DNA of 63,568 bases, counting the filler, from Octopus bimaculoides (Eukaryota), in the NCBI RefSeq assembly GCF_001194135.2. It is 8 parts of 8 records of this genome, joined end to end, with 100 filler letters (N's around TTAATTAATTAA, not from the genome) between each part and the next. Parts side by side here need not be neighbours in the genome. Positions count along the whole stretch, not along the records: positions 20,798 to 27,359 come from NC_068989.1; positions 27,460 to 36,341 come from NC_068984.1; positions 36,442 to 39,828 come from NC_068997.1; 5 more parts are not named here. The stretch is one strand, 5' to 3'. The first letter of the stretch is position 1; every line of letters starts with the position of its first letter. A model generated the notes under the pieces. The model had not been told where the DNA came from, ran no database searches, and worked only from the letters and a program-made list of their open reading frames with translations. The position numbers and the translations under genes are program-made. Below, piece after piece: positions 23,950-36,949 of this stretch.

Positions 23950-24602
23950 AGTATAGGAGTGAACCCAGTAGAAGGGAATTCCAACAACGCATGAAAGCAA
24001 AATGAAATGAAATAGGATTTTCAAGATAAGTGTGCAACAGTTCAGGCAAGTGCAACAAGAGCAAAGGGGTGGTTAACAGACATGGAAATTGAGGATATAA
24101 AAAAGGGTAGCAGAAAATCGAAGTAATACTTCACCAACAGATAACGTGCCCAGCGAGTACAGAGAAATAAATGGCGGCAATGAAAATATAAAAGCATTCT
24201 CAGCAAATGAAACAGAAGTAATGGGAAGAGCTATATCACAAGAATACGATGATGACCAACAAGACATAGTGAAGGATGCTGTGCCGACATATTAGAGAAG
24301 ACCAGGATCAAGCACCTCCCAATCTGAGGTACATTGATCGAAGTTGAAACCGAAAAGATAGATTCGACCCTTGGGATATTCCAGATGGAAAATATAACTG
24401 AAACTAACAAGATTATTTGGGCTGCAGCTATGTTTGCTGCAGATAGATTTGGATACTAAAGAGAACAAACAGTGCGTAAAGAACTATACTCGCGTTGACG
24501 AATTTGTGAGAAACAAAGTTAAAAAGACATTTAGGACAAGTTGATAGATTGAGTAAAGGGGAATTGCAGAATGAGAGCATAAGAATAATGCTGGAAAGAA
24601 CA
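23950..24602 (+). mobile_element. R4/Dong-clade ORF N-terminal region (decayed)
   Basis: RREFQQRMKAK*NEIG, AKGWLTDMEIEDIKK, PPNLRYIDR, NITETNKIIWAAA and HLGQVDRLSKGEL resemble the pre-RT region of R4/Dong ORFs (from recollection). Confidence 0.6.
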
Positions 24603-25544
24603 TGCAGAATTGGAAAGATATATATATATATATATATACTATAGTTTCTTGACAGTCAATTTACCCAGTACTTTCATCCCACAAATTGAGTGGCAAGTCC
24701 AACAATCAGTGAAAATGGGCTATACATACATACATACATACATGCATACATACATATATACATACATAATAAATATGTATACACACACGCATACGCACAA
24801 GCATATGTATATATATATACACATACGGGTGGTTGGGTGTATGCATCCATGTGTATGGATACTTATGTATACATAGAAACAATGAAACTTAATTGAAACC
24901 AGCTCGATGCTTTTCATCAAATTCTGTGGCGTGTAACTCCATCCTTAAAGTGCAGCATATCAAAGTGATGCTAACGTTAATGATGCAAAATTAATTAGAA
25001 TACAAGAGACTTCTTGCTGTAGATCGAGAAACATGATAATACGTTGCTAAACTTCAAATGCCATTTGCATTTGTAAACACTGCTAGGTAACTTAAGTAAC
25101 ATAAAGAGAATTCTCGTGTTTTTGTAAATTGGTCATTTAACTAGACTGTAATTTGTGCCATTGGGTAATCTATTACAGTTGTCATGTTTGTCTCTTTCAC
25201 TTCTCCCCGCCCTCTCTTTTTATCTCTCTCCCTTTCTCTTTCTCTCTCTCGCTTCCTCTCTTTTTCTCTCTCATTCACTCTCTCTCTCTCTCTCTTTTCT
25301 CTCTCTCACTCACTCTCTTTTTCTCTCTCCTGTGCGCACACGCTCGTATTTTCGCCTTGATTTCCACCAGACAAGGAAAGGATCTAATAATTGAGATGGT
25401 TTGAAACAGAATACTGTGATATGTTATACTATCCTCAAGGGTAGTGGAGTGATGCTGAGATGAGTCGGTCAAGAGAGGAAAACGTTACTACAACTAGATT
25501 TTAAAACTGGCTTTGTTTACCACTTTTCTCTGGACTAATAGATA

Positions 25545-25819
25545 CGTTAGAACGTTGGGAAAATGCCTTACGGTATTCTTTCTCGATCTTTGCATAATGA
25601 GTTTAAATCTCGGCTAGGTCAAATGTATCTTTCATTCTTCTGACGTTGATAAAATAAAGTACCAGTCGAGTACTGATATTGACTAATTCCCACTCCTCAA
25701 AATTGCTCTCATTATAAGGTGTGGTCGACATTCTCTTTCATCCTTTTGGTGTCGATCACTAAAGTTAATGTAATAGAGTAGACTCCTCTCCCAAAATTTC
25801 AGGCCTTGTACCTATAGTA
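25545..25819 (+). mobile_element. Degenerate SINE family B copies (two cores), tail cut by a hAT insertion
   Basis: TGAGTTTAAATCTCGGCTAGGTC..., GTCGACATTCTCTTTCATCCTTTTGGTGTCGAT..., CCCAAAATTTCAGGCCTTGTACCTATAGTA. Confidence 0.65.
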
Positions 25820-27340
25820 CAGTGTCTGCCAAACTACGTGCAACGGCACAGTGGTATGCTGCAAGAGATACCTGGAGTGCCGCGAAAAATATTTTTGGGA
25901 TTTTAAGGAAACAACGATCCAAGAACATTCGCAAAGTTCGAGCGTAAATATAAATTAATTACGTTACACGACAAACAGCAGTTTTGCTACAATATATTAC
26001 ATTTCTGCATTTAAGCCGGGATTGTCTGAAAGTAAATTCTTTAGTAGTTCTTGTAGTTTTAAATTTTTGATTTATTTATAATTTTTATAAATTATTTTAT
26101 GCTAAGTTTAATCGATTTTTAGTTTTAGATTTAAACATGGACAAATTTTTATTGAGATCTCAGAAAAATGAGAAAGAAAATCATAGCAAACAAGATGAAT
26201 ACTAGAATAAAAAGTCTACCTCATCAAAACGAAAATGTGATAAAAATTATATCCAATATGGTTTTATATTATCAGAAAAAGACAACTCAGTTCCTTTTTG
26301 TATGATTTGTTTTACAACACTGTCAAATAAAGCGATGGTTCCCAGTAAACTTCGTCATGTAATAAATCATCTGCTACATAAGGACAAACCAAAAGGATAC
26401 TTTGAGATGTTAAAAAATAATTTAAAAATTCAAATAAAAAAGCTGAAGAAATATTACTTAATTCCTGAGAAAGCTCAAATCACTACTTACAAGATTGCCC
26501 AGCTTTTGGCAAAGAAAGAAAACACCACATTTTGATGCTAAAAACATTATTTTACCAGCATTGTAGATTGCCGTTGGCACAATGATTAGTGATGAAGCCA
26601 TCAAACAAGTTAAGACCATATTGAGAGGGATGTAGTGGCAAACTTATATTGGCGTTTGCACTGATGGCACTCCATCCATCCAGGGTCGAAAGAAAGGCTT
26701 CTTGGCTCATGTATTACAAAAACATTCACAAGTTAAAATTGTACATTGCATGATTCACCACAATATTTTGGTGTCTAACTTTCTACCTGATGGTTTCCTG
26801 AAGACAACATTGTTAAAGTGGTAAATTACATAAAATCGCATTCCCTACAGTGCAGACGTTTTGTATCCCTAGGTGAAATTATGGATTCTGATTTTAAGTG
26901 TTTACTGCTTCATACAGAAGTGCGATGGCTCACGAAAGGAAAAGTGTTCACTCGATTTATTTCTTTGCGAACTGAAATAAAATGTTTCTTCGATGTTGAA
27001 AATTCTGGATTTGAATTTCTTAACGATGATAACTGGTGGCTGGAAGCAGCATTTCTCAACGATCTTTTTGAGAAGTTGAACGTTTTAAATTAGAGTCTGC
27101 AAGGAGCGAACAAAAATATTATTACAGTTACAGGCAAATTAAAGTCTTTCACCAACAAGTTAGAACTGTGGATCAGGAAAGTTAAAAACACGCAGCTTGA
27201 TTGCTTCCCAAGCGTAGAGGCTTTTCCAAACAAATTTAAAATTTTGTCAGAAGTGCAGAAGACAGTAGAAGACATTTTCTAAATATTTTCCATCACTTGA
27301 TTATCAAATGTACGAGTGGGTCAACAATCCTTTCGCAAGA
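25820..27340 (+). mobile_element. hAT DNA transposon (Buster/Charlie, ZBED5/FAM200-like transposase), decayed and internally deleted
   Basis: Left TIR CAGTGTCTGCCAAACT at 25820 and ATG at 26137. Encodes YIQYGF..PFCMIC..LSNKAMVPSKLRH (BED-like), VHCMIH (CxxH) and LLLHTEVRWLTKGKVFTRF, with stops and frameshifts. Confidence 0.85.
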
Positions 27341-27459
27341 TTGTTTCCGTCTACCAAATNNNNNNNNNNNNNNNNNNNNNNNNNNNNNNNNNNNNNNNNN
27401 NNNTTAATTAATTAANNNNNNNNNNNNNNNNNNNNNNNNNNNNNNNNNNNNNNNNNNNN

Positions 27460-27515
<56 letters not shown>

Positions 27516-29539
27516 AGTGTGTATATATAAATATATACAGACACACCTACACATGCATGGAAAACAAGTTAAATGATAATAATGTGATATATATACTTAC
27601 ATACACATATACATATGTACACACACACGCATGCACACAAACACATACACACATACATATAATATTCTGTTGTCATGAGTAAAGATAAATAAGGTATGGT
27701 AACAGGAAAATCAAATTCATAGTTAAATGGAATTAGTGAAGAAAAACAGAAGCATTGCTATCATGCCGAAGACACAAGGAGAATAAGTCCAAGAGTACCT
27801 CACCAACGAAATGAAACATAAAGTTATAGTTGTAGATAAAGTACCGTATTGTCAAAATAAAAAATAGGAATGCAGGTAATCTAGATGATCACTACATCTG
27901 TTATAAAGGATTTAAGATTGTGCAGTTCAGCTCAAAATGTTAACATTTTACTTGCATGCAATATCTGCTTTCACAGTGTCTCATATGGCAGCCTTTATAT
28001 CTTGAATGTATTTGTGCTTTTGATTTTTTAATTTCTATCATTAGAAATACTTCTCTAGAAAGCTGTTATCAGCTAGCATTTTATGTCATGCATTTCAGCT
28101 GATTGCTATTTCCAGTGGATTGTTTTAGTTCTGCTCTGATTTCCAATCTCAGAGGCTGTCAGCGTTTAAGTTCAAAACGTTTGTTTGATTATTGAATGAA
28201 AGCACTATCTGCACCGAGNNNNNNNNNNNNNNNNNNNNNNNNNNNNNNNNNNNNNNNNNNNNNNNNNNNNNNNNNNNNNNNNNNNNNNNNNNNNNNNNNN
28301 NNNNNNNNNNNNNNNNNNNNNNNNNNNNNNNNNNNNNNNNNNNNNNNNNNNNNNNNNNNNNNNNNNNNNNNNNNNNNNNNNNNNNNNNNNNNNNNNNNNN
28401 NNNNNNNNNNNNNNNNNNNNNNNNNNNNNNNNNNNNNNNNNNNNNNNNNNNNNNNNNNNNNNNNNNNNNNNNNNNNNNNNNNNNNNNNNNNNNNNNNNNN
28501 NNNNNNNNNNNNNNNNNNNNNNNNNNNNNNNNNNNNNNNNNNNNNNNNNNNNNNNNNNNNNNNNNNNNNNNNNNNNNNNNNNNNNNNNNNNNNNNNNNNN
28601 NNNNNNNNNNNNNNNNNNNNNNNNNNNNNNNNNNNNNNNNNNNNNNNNNNNNNNNNNNNNNNNNNNNNNNNCATATATACAAGGTGCAGTGAATGTATTG
28701 TCATCTAAATTATGCAAAAATGAAAACAGTGTGAAATACTCAAGAGCTGGAGCAAACAAGTTAACAATTTTATGATACTGTTGATTTTTATTGAAGTTTT
28801 GATGACAGTGACAAAATATTTGAGAACAAACCTTGAAAATGTTGACCTTAACCAGGGAGTACCTGCACAAAAGAAAACAGGTCCCTTTGGATCAGCATGA
28901 ATTATCTGAAAAATCCTGAGTTCAATGTAAGAACAGGGGAGACAACTAATTTCCATTTGTTCATTTTACATCAGTTTTGCCATGCTAACATGAGTTAAAT
29001 GAATGTGTTACCAAGAAATTGTTTTACAGTTGAATGGCCTTCATGTCATTAACCTTTTCTGTTTTGCAAGTAAGGGATTTCTTCTTCCATGCATTTTTGA
29101 TGTATAAAACCGGCAGATGGTTTTGTTTTTTCATAGAAGTAATAACAACACCACTTGCTTGTAGCTTAAAAAATTCATAGAACACAAATACCAACAAATA
29201 TACAAACACACACAAGCACATGCACACACACATGTAGAGAAACACCCATATGCACTCACACAAACACACAAGTTAATACAGACACACACATAATTAAGAT
29301 TTAATTGCATTAGGTACTTAAACTGAGGCACCTTGCTTGTTTGGTATAATCTGCACGCCAATATTATTTGAATATTAAATATCAAAACTCTGTGTAAGGG
29401 TATGTGTATCCAATATTCCTGTCAGGTGTATAAAACAGAACCCAGCTAAGTGAAGAAATGGCTGTAATGAATTGACACCTGTACATGTACATCTTTGTTA
29501 TTTATATATGTATATAAATAACAAAGATGTATCAATCCT

Positions 29540-30630
29540 TCATCATCATCATCATCATCGTTTAACATCCGCTTTCCATGCTAGCATGGGTTGGACGATT
29601 TGACTGAGGACTGGTGAAACCGGATGACAACACCAGGCTCCAATCTAAATTTGGCAGAGTTTCTACAGCTGGATGCCCTTTCTAACGCCAACCAGTCAGA
29701 GAGTGTAGTAGGTGCTTTTACGTGTCACCTGCACNNNNNNNNNNNNNNNNNNNNNNNNNNNNNNNNNNNNNNNNNNNNNNNNNNNNNNNNNNNNNNNNNN
29801 NNNNNNNNNNNNNNNNNNNNNNNNNNNNNNNNNNNNNNNNNNNNNNNNNNNNNNNNNNNNNNNNNNNNNNNNNNNNNNNNNNNNNNNNNNNNNNNNNNNN
29901 NNNNNNNNNNNNNNNNNNNNNNNNNNNNNNNNNNNNNNNNNNNNNNNNNNNNNNNNNNNNNNNNNNNNNNNNNNNNNNNNNNNNNNNNNNNNNNNNNNNN
30001 NNNNNNNNNNNNNNNNNNNNNNNNNNNNNNNNNNNNNNNNNNNNNNNNNNNNNNNNNNNNNNNNNNNNNNNNNNNNNNNNNNNNNNNNNNNNNNNNNNNN
30101 NNNNNNNNNNNNNNNNNNNNNNNNNNNNNNNNNNNNNNNNNNNNNNNNNNNNNNNNNNNNNNNNNNNNNNNNNNNNNNNNNNNNNNNNNNNNNNNNNNNN
30201 NNNNNNNNNNNNNNNNNNNNNNNNNNNNNNNNNNNNNNNNNNNNNNNNNNNNNNNNNNNNNNNNNNNNNNNNNNNNNNNNNNNNNNNNNNNNNNNNNNNN
30301 NNNNNNNNNNNNNNNNNNNNNNNNNNNNNNNNNNNNNNNNNNNNNNNNNNNNNNNNNNNNNNNNNNNNNNNNNNNNNNNNNNNNNNNNATGTTCAGCTTT
30401 TCTCTCAAGATACTTATACTCTGACGGGTATTCACATTGACATTACACATCCAACGGAGCATACTGGCTTCATTCCTTGCGAGCTTACGCATGTCCTCAG
30501 CAGTCACAGCCCATGTTTCACTGCCATGTAGCATGGCTGTTCGTACACATGCGTCATACAGTCTGCCTTTTACTCTGAGTGAGAGTCCCTTTGTCGCCAG
30601 CAGAGGTAAGAGCTCTCTAAACTTTGCCCA
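29540..30630 (-). mobile_element. RTE-clade LINE 3' segment with (GAT)n tail (gap inside)
   Basis: WAKFRELLPLLATKGLSLRVKGRLYDACVRTAMLHGSETWAV..MLRWMCNV. The 3' UTR ends GCATGGAAAGCGGATGTTAAACGATGATGATG. Confidence 0.85.
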
Positions 30631-30633
30631 TTG

Positions 30634-30665
<32 letters not shown>

Positions 30666-32505
30666 GTGAGATCTAAGGATCAAGGTGTAGGAAGAAAGTT
30701 AGCTTCAAGCAATCTGTAGTAAATATAAAAAAAACAACTGTCAGGGACAATAGTGGTTTATTGAGATGAAGGGTTGTGGATTTTTTCATTATTGAAGTAT
30801 CATAAACTGAAAAAAGTTCTTTTTGCATTTCACAGTATGTGTCCAGGTTTGCCAGGTGTGCGAATAAGAATAGAAGAGTTAAGGAATGGAATAGATAAGA
30901 TCCAGGTTACATATGTTTCACAGCAAGTGGAACCTCAGAAATGATAAATATCCAAGCGAGGATGTGCATATGTGCATATATGTATACGTATGTATGCATG
31001 TTTATATACAAGCTTTCATCATCTAGCAAATTCACTCACAATGCTGGGGTCGTAATAGAAGATGCTTGTCTGAGATGCGACACAGTAGGAGACTGAATCC
31101 AAAACCATGTAATTGGGAGGCAGACCACAAATTCCTGCCCATTGTTAAGAGTTACTAAGAATTCAGCTTTTGTCACTTCTTTATCAGGTTGATTATTTAG
31201 AAGATAAACAGAGAAAACCTAGAAGATAACTTTTAGAATTGCTTAAGCATGATTATTTATTACTTCAAGCTGCTACTTTACACCTAAACAATTTGCAGGT
31301 AGATGAATATCCAACCTGGAAAATTAATTGTGCAATTGTTTCAATAAAATACAAAGTATTAAAATAATGATATAAAAAAAACAAAAAACAAAGAAAATTA
31401 CAAAAATAGTATATACTTGCAGCCAGAGAAATGATTATGAAACTATAGAAAGGGAATAATTAATAAAATGAAATAAAACTTTAAAAATAAGGTATGACAA
31501 AAATAAATAGTTAGAATTATTGCTTAAGACAGGTGCTAAATTCCATTTTGATCTCATGCCATGTGAATTCTCATTTTAAATCAATAGTTATTCACGTCCT
31601 GATATCTCTTTAAGAAACAAAGTTGGTGATGAATTTTCAGAAAAAAAGTGTTTTAATAGATAGTGTTTTAATATTATGATAAACAGTTAGCCCTTAAAAT
31701 CATTAAAAGAAGAAACATTATAAATGATTATTAATCAAATGACGAGAGATTAATGACTAACATACTTCACAATTTTAATATGTCCACCCAGCTAACATTA
31801 TCTTTAATGATTAAATACATTTAGAACTCCCAATCTATTTGCGTATGTCCAGTGATGCTGTATGAAGTGTTTGTGCATTAGAAACATTTTTGCATTCAGT
31901 GAGCTTTTAAATGAACATCACCATATAATAACAGGAAAATTCAACTTTCAAGCAAAAGAACATTTACTGAAAGCCAATATCATGATTTTGTTTTATTTTT
32001 AGTTTTCATTTTGTGAAGATATATTAAACGTTTACCATGTTTAAATTCGAAATTAATTTTCACCATTGAATTCCAGTTAGCATTAATCTGAGTTCGCTAT
32101 TTAGGAACACAGCCCTAATACGCTATGAATTGTGGCTTTACATGTAGCTGAAATTCTCGAATCTCAATCACACTTTCCATATGTGCAAACTCATTTGCTA
32201 AAATAGATTTGTAATAATGTGGATTTTTTTGATTTTTCTAATCTAAAGTATTCACATAAATTATGAACTTGTTTTTGCATATATTTGATTAAGNNNNNNN
32301 NNNNNNNNNNNNNNNNNNNNNNNNNNNNNNNNNNNNNNNNNNNNNNNNNNNNNNNNNNNNNNNNNNNNNNNNNNNNNNNNNNNNNNNNNNNNNNNNNNNN
32401 NNNNNNNNNNNNNTATATATATACATATATATTTGTATGTATCATCATCATCATCATAATTGTTTAACGTCCGCTTTCCATGCTGTATGTGTATATGTGT
32501 GTTTA

Positions 32506-32538
<33 letters not shown>

Positions 32539-32562
32539 TATACATGCATATATGTGCATGTG

Positions 32563-32871
32563 CCATAGTAGTTAGGGTATCCATCTCATTATCATAAGGT
32601 CATGAGCTTGATTCTCAGCAGCACATTCTGTCCTTCAGCAAGAACCTTATTTCATGTTACTCCAGTTCACTCAGTTGGCAAGAATGAGTTGTACCTGTAA
32701 TTAAAAGGACCGCCCATGCTACATTCTATGTCACACTAAATTTCCTTGAGAACTATATGAAGAGTATGCATGTCTGTGGAGTATTCAGTGACTGGAATCT
32801 TAATTTCATGAGTAGACTGTTCAGTTATGATGTCTGGAACCCTTGACATCATAACTATTGGAGTGCCAGTT
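32563..32871 (+). mobile_element. SINE family C, old CpG-depleted copy
   Basis: GTACCTGTAATT..GAGAACTATATGAAGAGTATGCATGTCTGTGGAGTATTCAG..CTGGAACCCTTG..GGAGTGCCA aligns with 650-835. Confidence 0.7.
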
Positions 32872-34198
32872 ACATACATACATACATACATTCATACATA
32901 CATACATACATGCATGCATACATACATTCATACATACATATATATACTAGCAGAAAACTACCCTCCAGGCGGTTTTCTGCTAGCCCCTTAATAATATTTT
33001 CCCATTTGATTCCCAACTCTAATAATTTTTATATTTTACGTCTAATTATTTCTTTGTATAATAGTGCTCACTTGTTTAATAAGTATTGCTTTCATTATTT
33101 TATCACAGTCATACTCTTTTTTTTTTAAACAAACATCATAGTAGTCCAACAATAGAGGGAGAAGCAGTTTCTCAAGTTTTACTTTCCTCTCAAAGCAACA
33201 TAGAGATTTCAATTGAGCAGCCTATCTGTAAGCTCTGCAGTATTTGTGAGAGAGAGTGGGGAGAGAGAGCATTGCAAACAATGAATGCAATAAACATGAA
33301 ATGAAAAAAATCGTATAAATAAAAGGGCATTAATACAGATGTATACACCCTTGACTTTGTTGCTTCATGACATCCAGAAAAATGGATACTTTTTAAGAGA
33401 ATTTTCTACAAATACCGCTTAGGTGTTGCGGCTTCAGAGTATATAGGGATTTATGAGAAGGAATTTTTCTGAGGAGGTGGAGAGAGGCGTTTTGGAAAAT
33501 TCACACAATCTGACTTTGTACCCCATAACTTTCAGGAAGATGAGTATCTTTTTATGAAAATGGCATAGATTACAATTATAAAGAAATTTGTGGGGGCAAT
33601 TTTTCAGGGATTTTCCTCAATTGTTTTAAAACCACAGCCTTCGACATGATGCGGGCAGGGCATCTTTGTATGAAAAATGTTTAGTAAACACTTCTTTCTT
33701 ATACCTCCTCCCTCATCATCCTACTCTGCACCTATTTTGGCCATTTTTTTTTTGCCCTTCAAAACCATGGGAAAAGAATTTTCAGTAAAATTTTTTTTTT
33801 AAATTGCTAATATTTTCAGAGGGAAAAGTGAGTGATTTAAGAGCAAGTTGGCTGTTGTTTCTAGCATATCCAAAGACAGCCCTCCTCGTTTCTTTATCAC
33901 TCTCACATGTATTGATGTTTTTTAATATCTTTTCCCCATATATACATTTATATGCTATAAAAAAGAAAATTTGAGAAATTATGAATTTTTGCAACTCTAC
34001 TCCCTGGCCCCGATTGTTTCTGCTTAGAAATTAAAATATTGGAGGGCCTGAGGTCATTGCTGGCATTTATCCTCAGTGATTTAAAAAGATTATAGAGATG
34101 TACTTGCATAGCAAGTGATTTGATTTAAGATTGTGTGCTGAAACAAAACCAATTGCATCATTGATGTTTGTAAGCCATTCAAGAACACACAGAAACCA

Positions 34199-34393
34199 TT
34201 AAATACAGAGTTCCCGATGCATCTATGTAACAGTATGAAGGAGAGGGTTAGCTTTAGGGTTAGTTTTAGGGTTAAGGTTAGGACAAGTTTTAGGATTTGT
34301 TCGGGTGTAATTACACATCCACATAGTGTACATTTAAAATGTTTTGTACATAACACCTGTATTTAAGTAGTAACTCTGTATTTAAGTAGTACC
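34199..34393. mobile_element. MITE-like element with internal degenerate TTAGGG repeats
   Basis: TTAAATACAGAGTT (34199-34212) is the exact inverse of AACTCTGTATTTAA (34372-34385). GGGTTAG-like units occupy 34245-34295. Confidence 0.5.
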
Positions 34394-34421
34394 GTTAAAG
34401 GACCTCTGTGTTTAAGTAGTA

Positions 34422-34603
34422 GCAATTCATGCCATCGACAAGTGTCTTCAAGATATCACTGGTATCAAGGAAGTGTTTGGAGGAAAGGTTTTGCTTTTGG
34501 AAATTGACTTCAGTTAAGTCATTACAATATTACCAAGGAGAACCTGTGAGGCCACATTAAAAAAATATGCCTAAAAAACTCCCATTTGTGGCACTTCTTT
34601 GAA
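34422..34603 (+). mobile_element. Helitron PIF1-like helicase fragment (pseudogene)
   Basis: AIHAIDKCLQDITGIKEVFGGKVLLLEIDFS*V..LPR, then KNSHLWHFFE in a shifted frame. Compare FGGKxxxLxGDFRQ..KxSxLW. Confidence 0.75.
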
Positions 34604-34981
34604 GCTAATCATATAAATAAAATCATTGTGTATATTCTCTGTATCACTTTGTGTACATTAATTGTATAGAATGTAAAGTAATTACTATAAAATATTGCAC
34701 AATAAGGATTATGCAATTGTGGACTGATCTTGAAAACTCAATATATATAAATGCTAATGAATGATATGTGTAATAAGTGTTGTAGAGATTGTTATTGTAT
34801 AAGTTTTTATATTATTTATTGCACAGGCAGCAATAAGATTTATATATAATAAAAATGCAAATCATCCTTTTATTCTTAAATAACTCATTTTAATTTTTTC
34901 CATTCCGGGGAATTTCAACAGATCCCACAAGTAAATCTAAATATAAATGTAAAGGTGTGTGTGTGTGTATATGTGTCTTTT

Positions 34982-35570
34982 ATCTTTTACTTGTTTCAAT
35001 CATTTGACTGCAGCCTTGAAGGGTTTTAATCAAGCAAATTGACCCCAGGACATTTTTTTAAAAGCCTAATACTTATCTTATTGGTCTCTTTTGCCAAACT
35101 GATAACTTTTGGGGACATAAACACACCAAAACCGGTTGTCAAGTGGTGGTGGGGGATAAACACCACAGAGACAATGACACACACACACACACACACACAC
35201 ACAGATGCACACACAGATATATATATATATATATCTGTGTGTGCAAAGCCTTGTCAGTGGATTTGGTAAATGGAGGCTTAAAGAAGCNNNNNNNNNNNNN
35301 NNNNNNNNNNNNNNNNNNNNNNNNNNNNNNNNNNNNNNNNNNNNNNNNNNNNNNNNNNNNNNNNNNNNNNNNNNNNNNNNNNNNNNNNNNNNNNNNNNNN
35401 NNNNNNNNNNNNNNNNNNNNNNNNNNNATATATATATATATACTGGGCTTCTTTGAGCCTCCATTTACCAAATCCACTGACAAGGCTTTGATCAGCTTAA
35501 GGTTATAGTTGAAGACACTTGCCCAAAGTGCCACAAAGTCGGACTGAACCCAAAACCACTATCATTCTAA
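34982..35570 (-). mobile_element. SINE family A (gap inside)
   Basis: Tail at 34982-35180, internal CA/TA repeat, core and head at 35445-35570. Confidence 0.8.
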
Positions 35571-36303
35571 ATAAACATTTTCCAAATGGCATCTAGATCC
35601 AGTCTGGTGCACTGATTTGCAATCAAGAACATTTTACTTCTTTTATCTTTTAATTACACAACATTAGTAAACCTTACCTTTTGCTTGTCTACTTCCTGGT
35701 CACCCCAGGCATTTGATTTCTTTTCTAGTTATCTGGTATGTCTTGGTACTCTCTTTTTCATTTTCCCCATAATTTTTAGGTCTCTTTTTCCATTGCACCT
35801 ACCATCTTGCTAGTACTTTTTTCCAACCATAGATCTTTTCTGTGTCTCACAGAAGGTTATCTCATAGAAACACAATTGTCTTGTATGTTATGAAGTCTTT
35901 CTTCATTCTGCTCAAAATATACAGCACCTAGAACTTTTCTGAATCTATATTTGTCAACATGAACTTTCAGTGTCTATATCAAGATTATCTTGGGCATTTG
36001 GATTCATCAAGTTCTTAATCTGAAATCACTTATAACCAGTCTATATTGAGTTTAAGTCCTACACTGGAGTATGACTTACTTTATTACATTTTCTGGTGAG
36101 TTTGAAGTCTATTTGTCTTGTATGCTTTCCTGGTTGGTTGGTTGGTGGTCTGGTTGCAAATGGTTAGGTTATTTGAGTCAAAGAACAATGAACAGACTGA
36201 TGTGCATATGCAAAGAAAATTGTTTACATGATACCATAGTAAGTCTGAACCTATATGTATGTGTATATTTGTGTGTGCATGTGAATGCATATGCACATAT
36301 ATG

Positions 36304-36341
<38 letters not shown>

Positions 36342-36949
36342 NNNNNNNNNNNNNNNNNNNNNNNNNNNNNNNNNNNNNNNNNNNNTTAATTAATTAANNN
36401 NNNNNNNNNNNNNNNNNNNNNNNNNNNNNNNNNNNNNNNNNAAAAGAACAAAAGGAGTCGATAGTGCTCCACCCACCGTTTGGAAACGATGGTGGGTGGA
36501 GCAGATTTTAAAGAACCACTTACAAAATAAGGACTAGCGAATACATTAAAAATTAAAATAAATGAAAAAAAAAAACAAAACAAAAACACAGGTTGGTAAA
36601 ACCCTGAAATACATAGAAAAGATCGATGAAAAGGAAGTGTTTGGACTGCGTATGCGAACGTTCTAATGGAAGTTGGTAGATGACAAAAGGAGATAAGTTA
36701 AGAAAATTTAGACATCACAGCTGAAGCTCAAATAAAGTTTTTAAAATGAATAATGGAAGATTACAGGATGTTAAGAGATGAACGGAAAAATTAAAAGAAA
36801 ACAGTAAACGAAATAAGGAAATGTTAATTAAAGTTAAAATAGATTATAGTGAGATGATGTAATTGCAGTAGGATGTGGCTGGTTTGTGCTGTTATTGAAG
36901 CTAATCCTTTGGAAGTTAGTGAGGTTGAAAAATAGACGATGACAGAGGA

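Noticed and set aside
35232-35490. Inverted duplication of a SINE core across a gap
   Set aside because: About 45 nt, nearly identical and at a gap edge, so probably an assembly or gap-filling artefact. It cannot be verified without reads.
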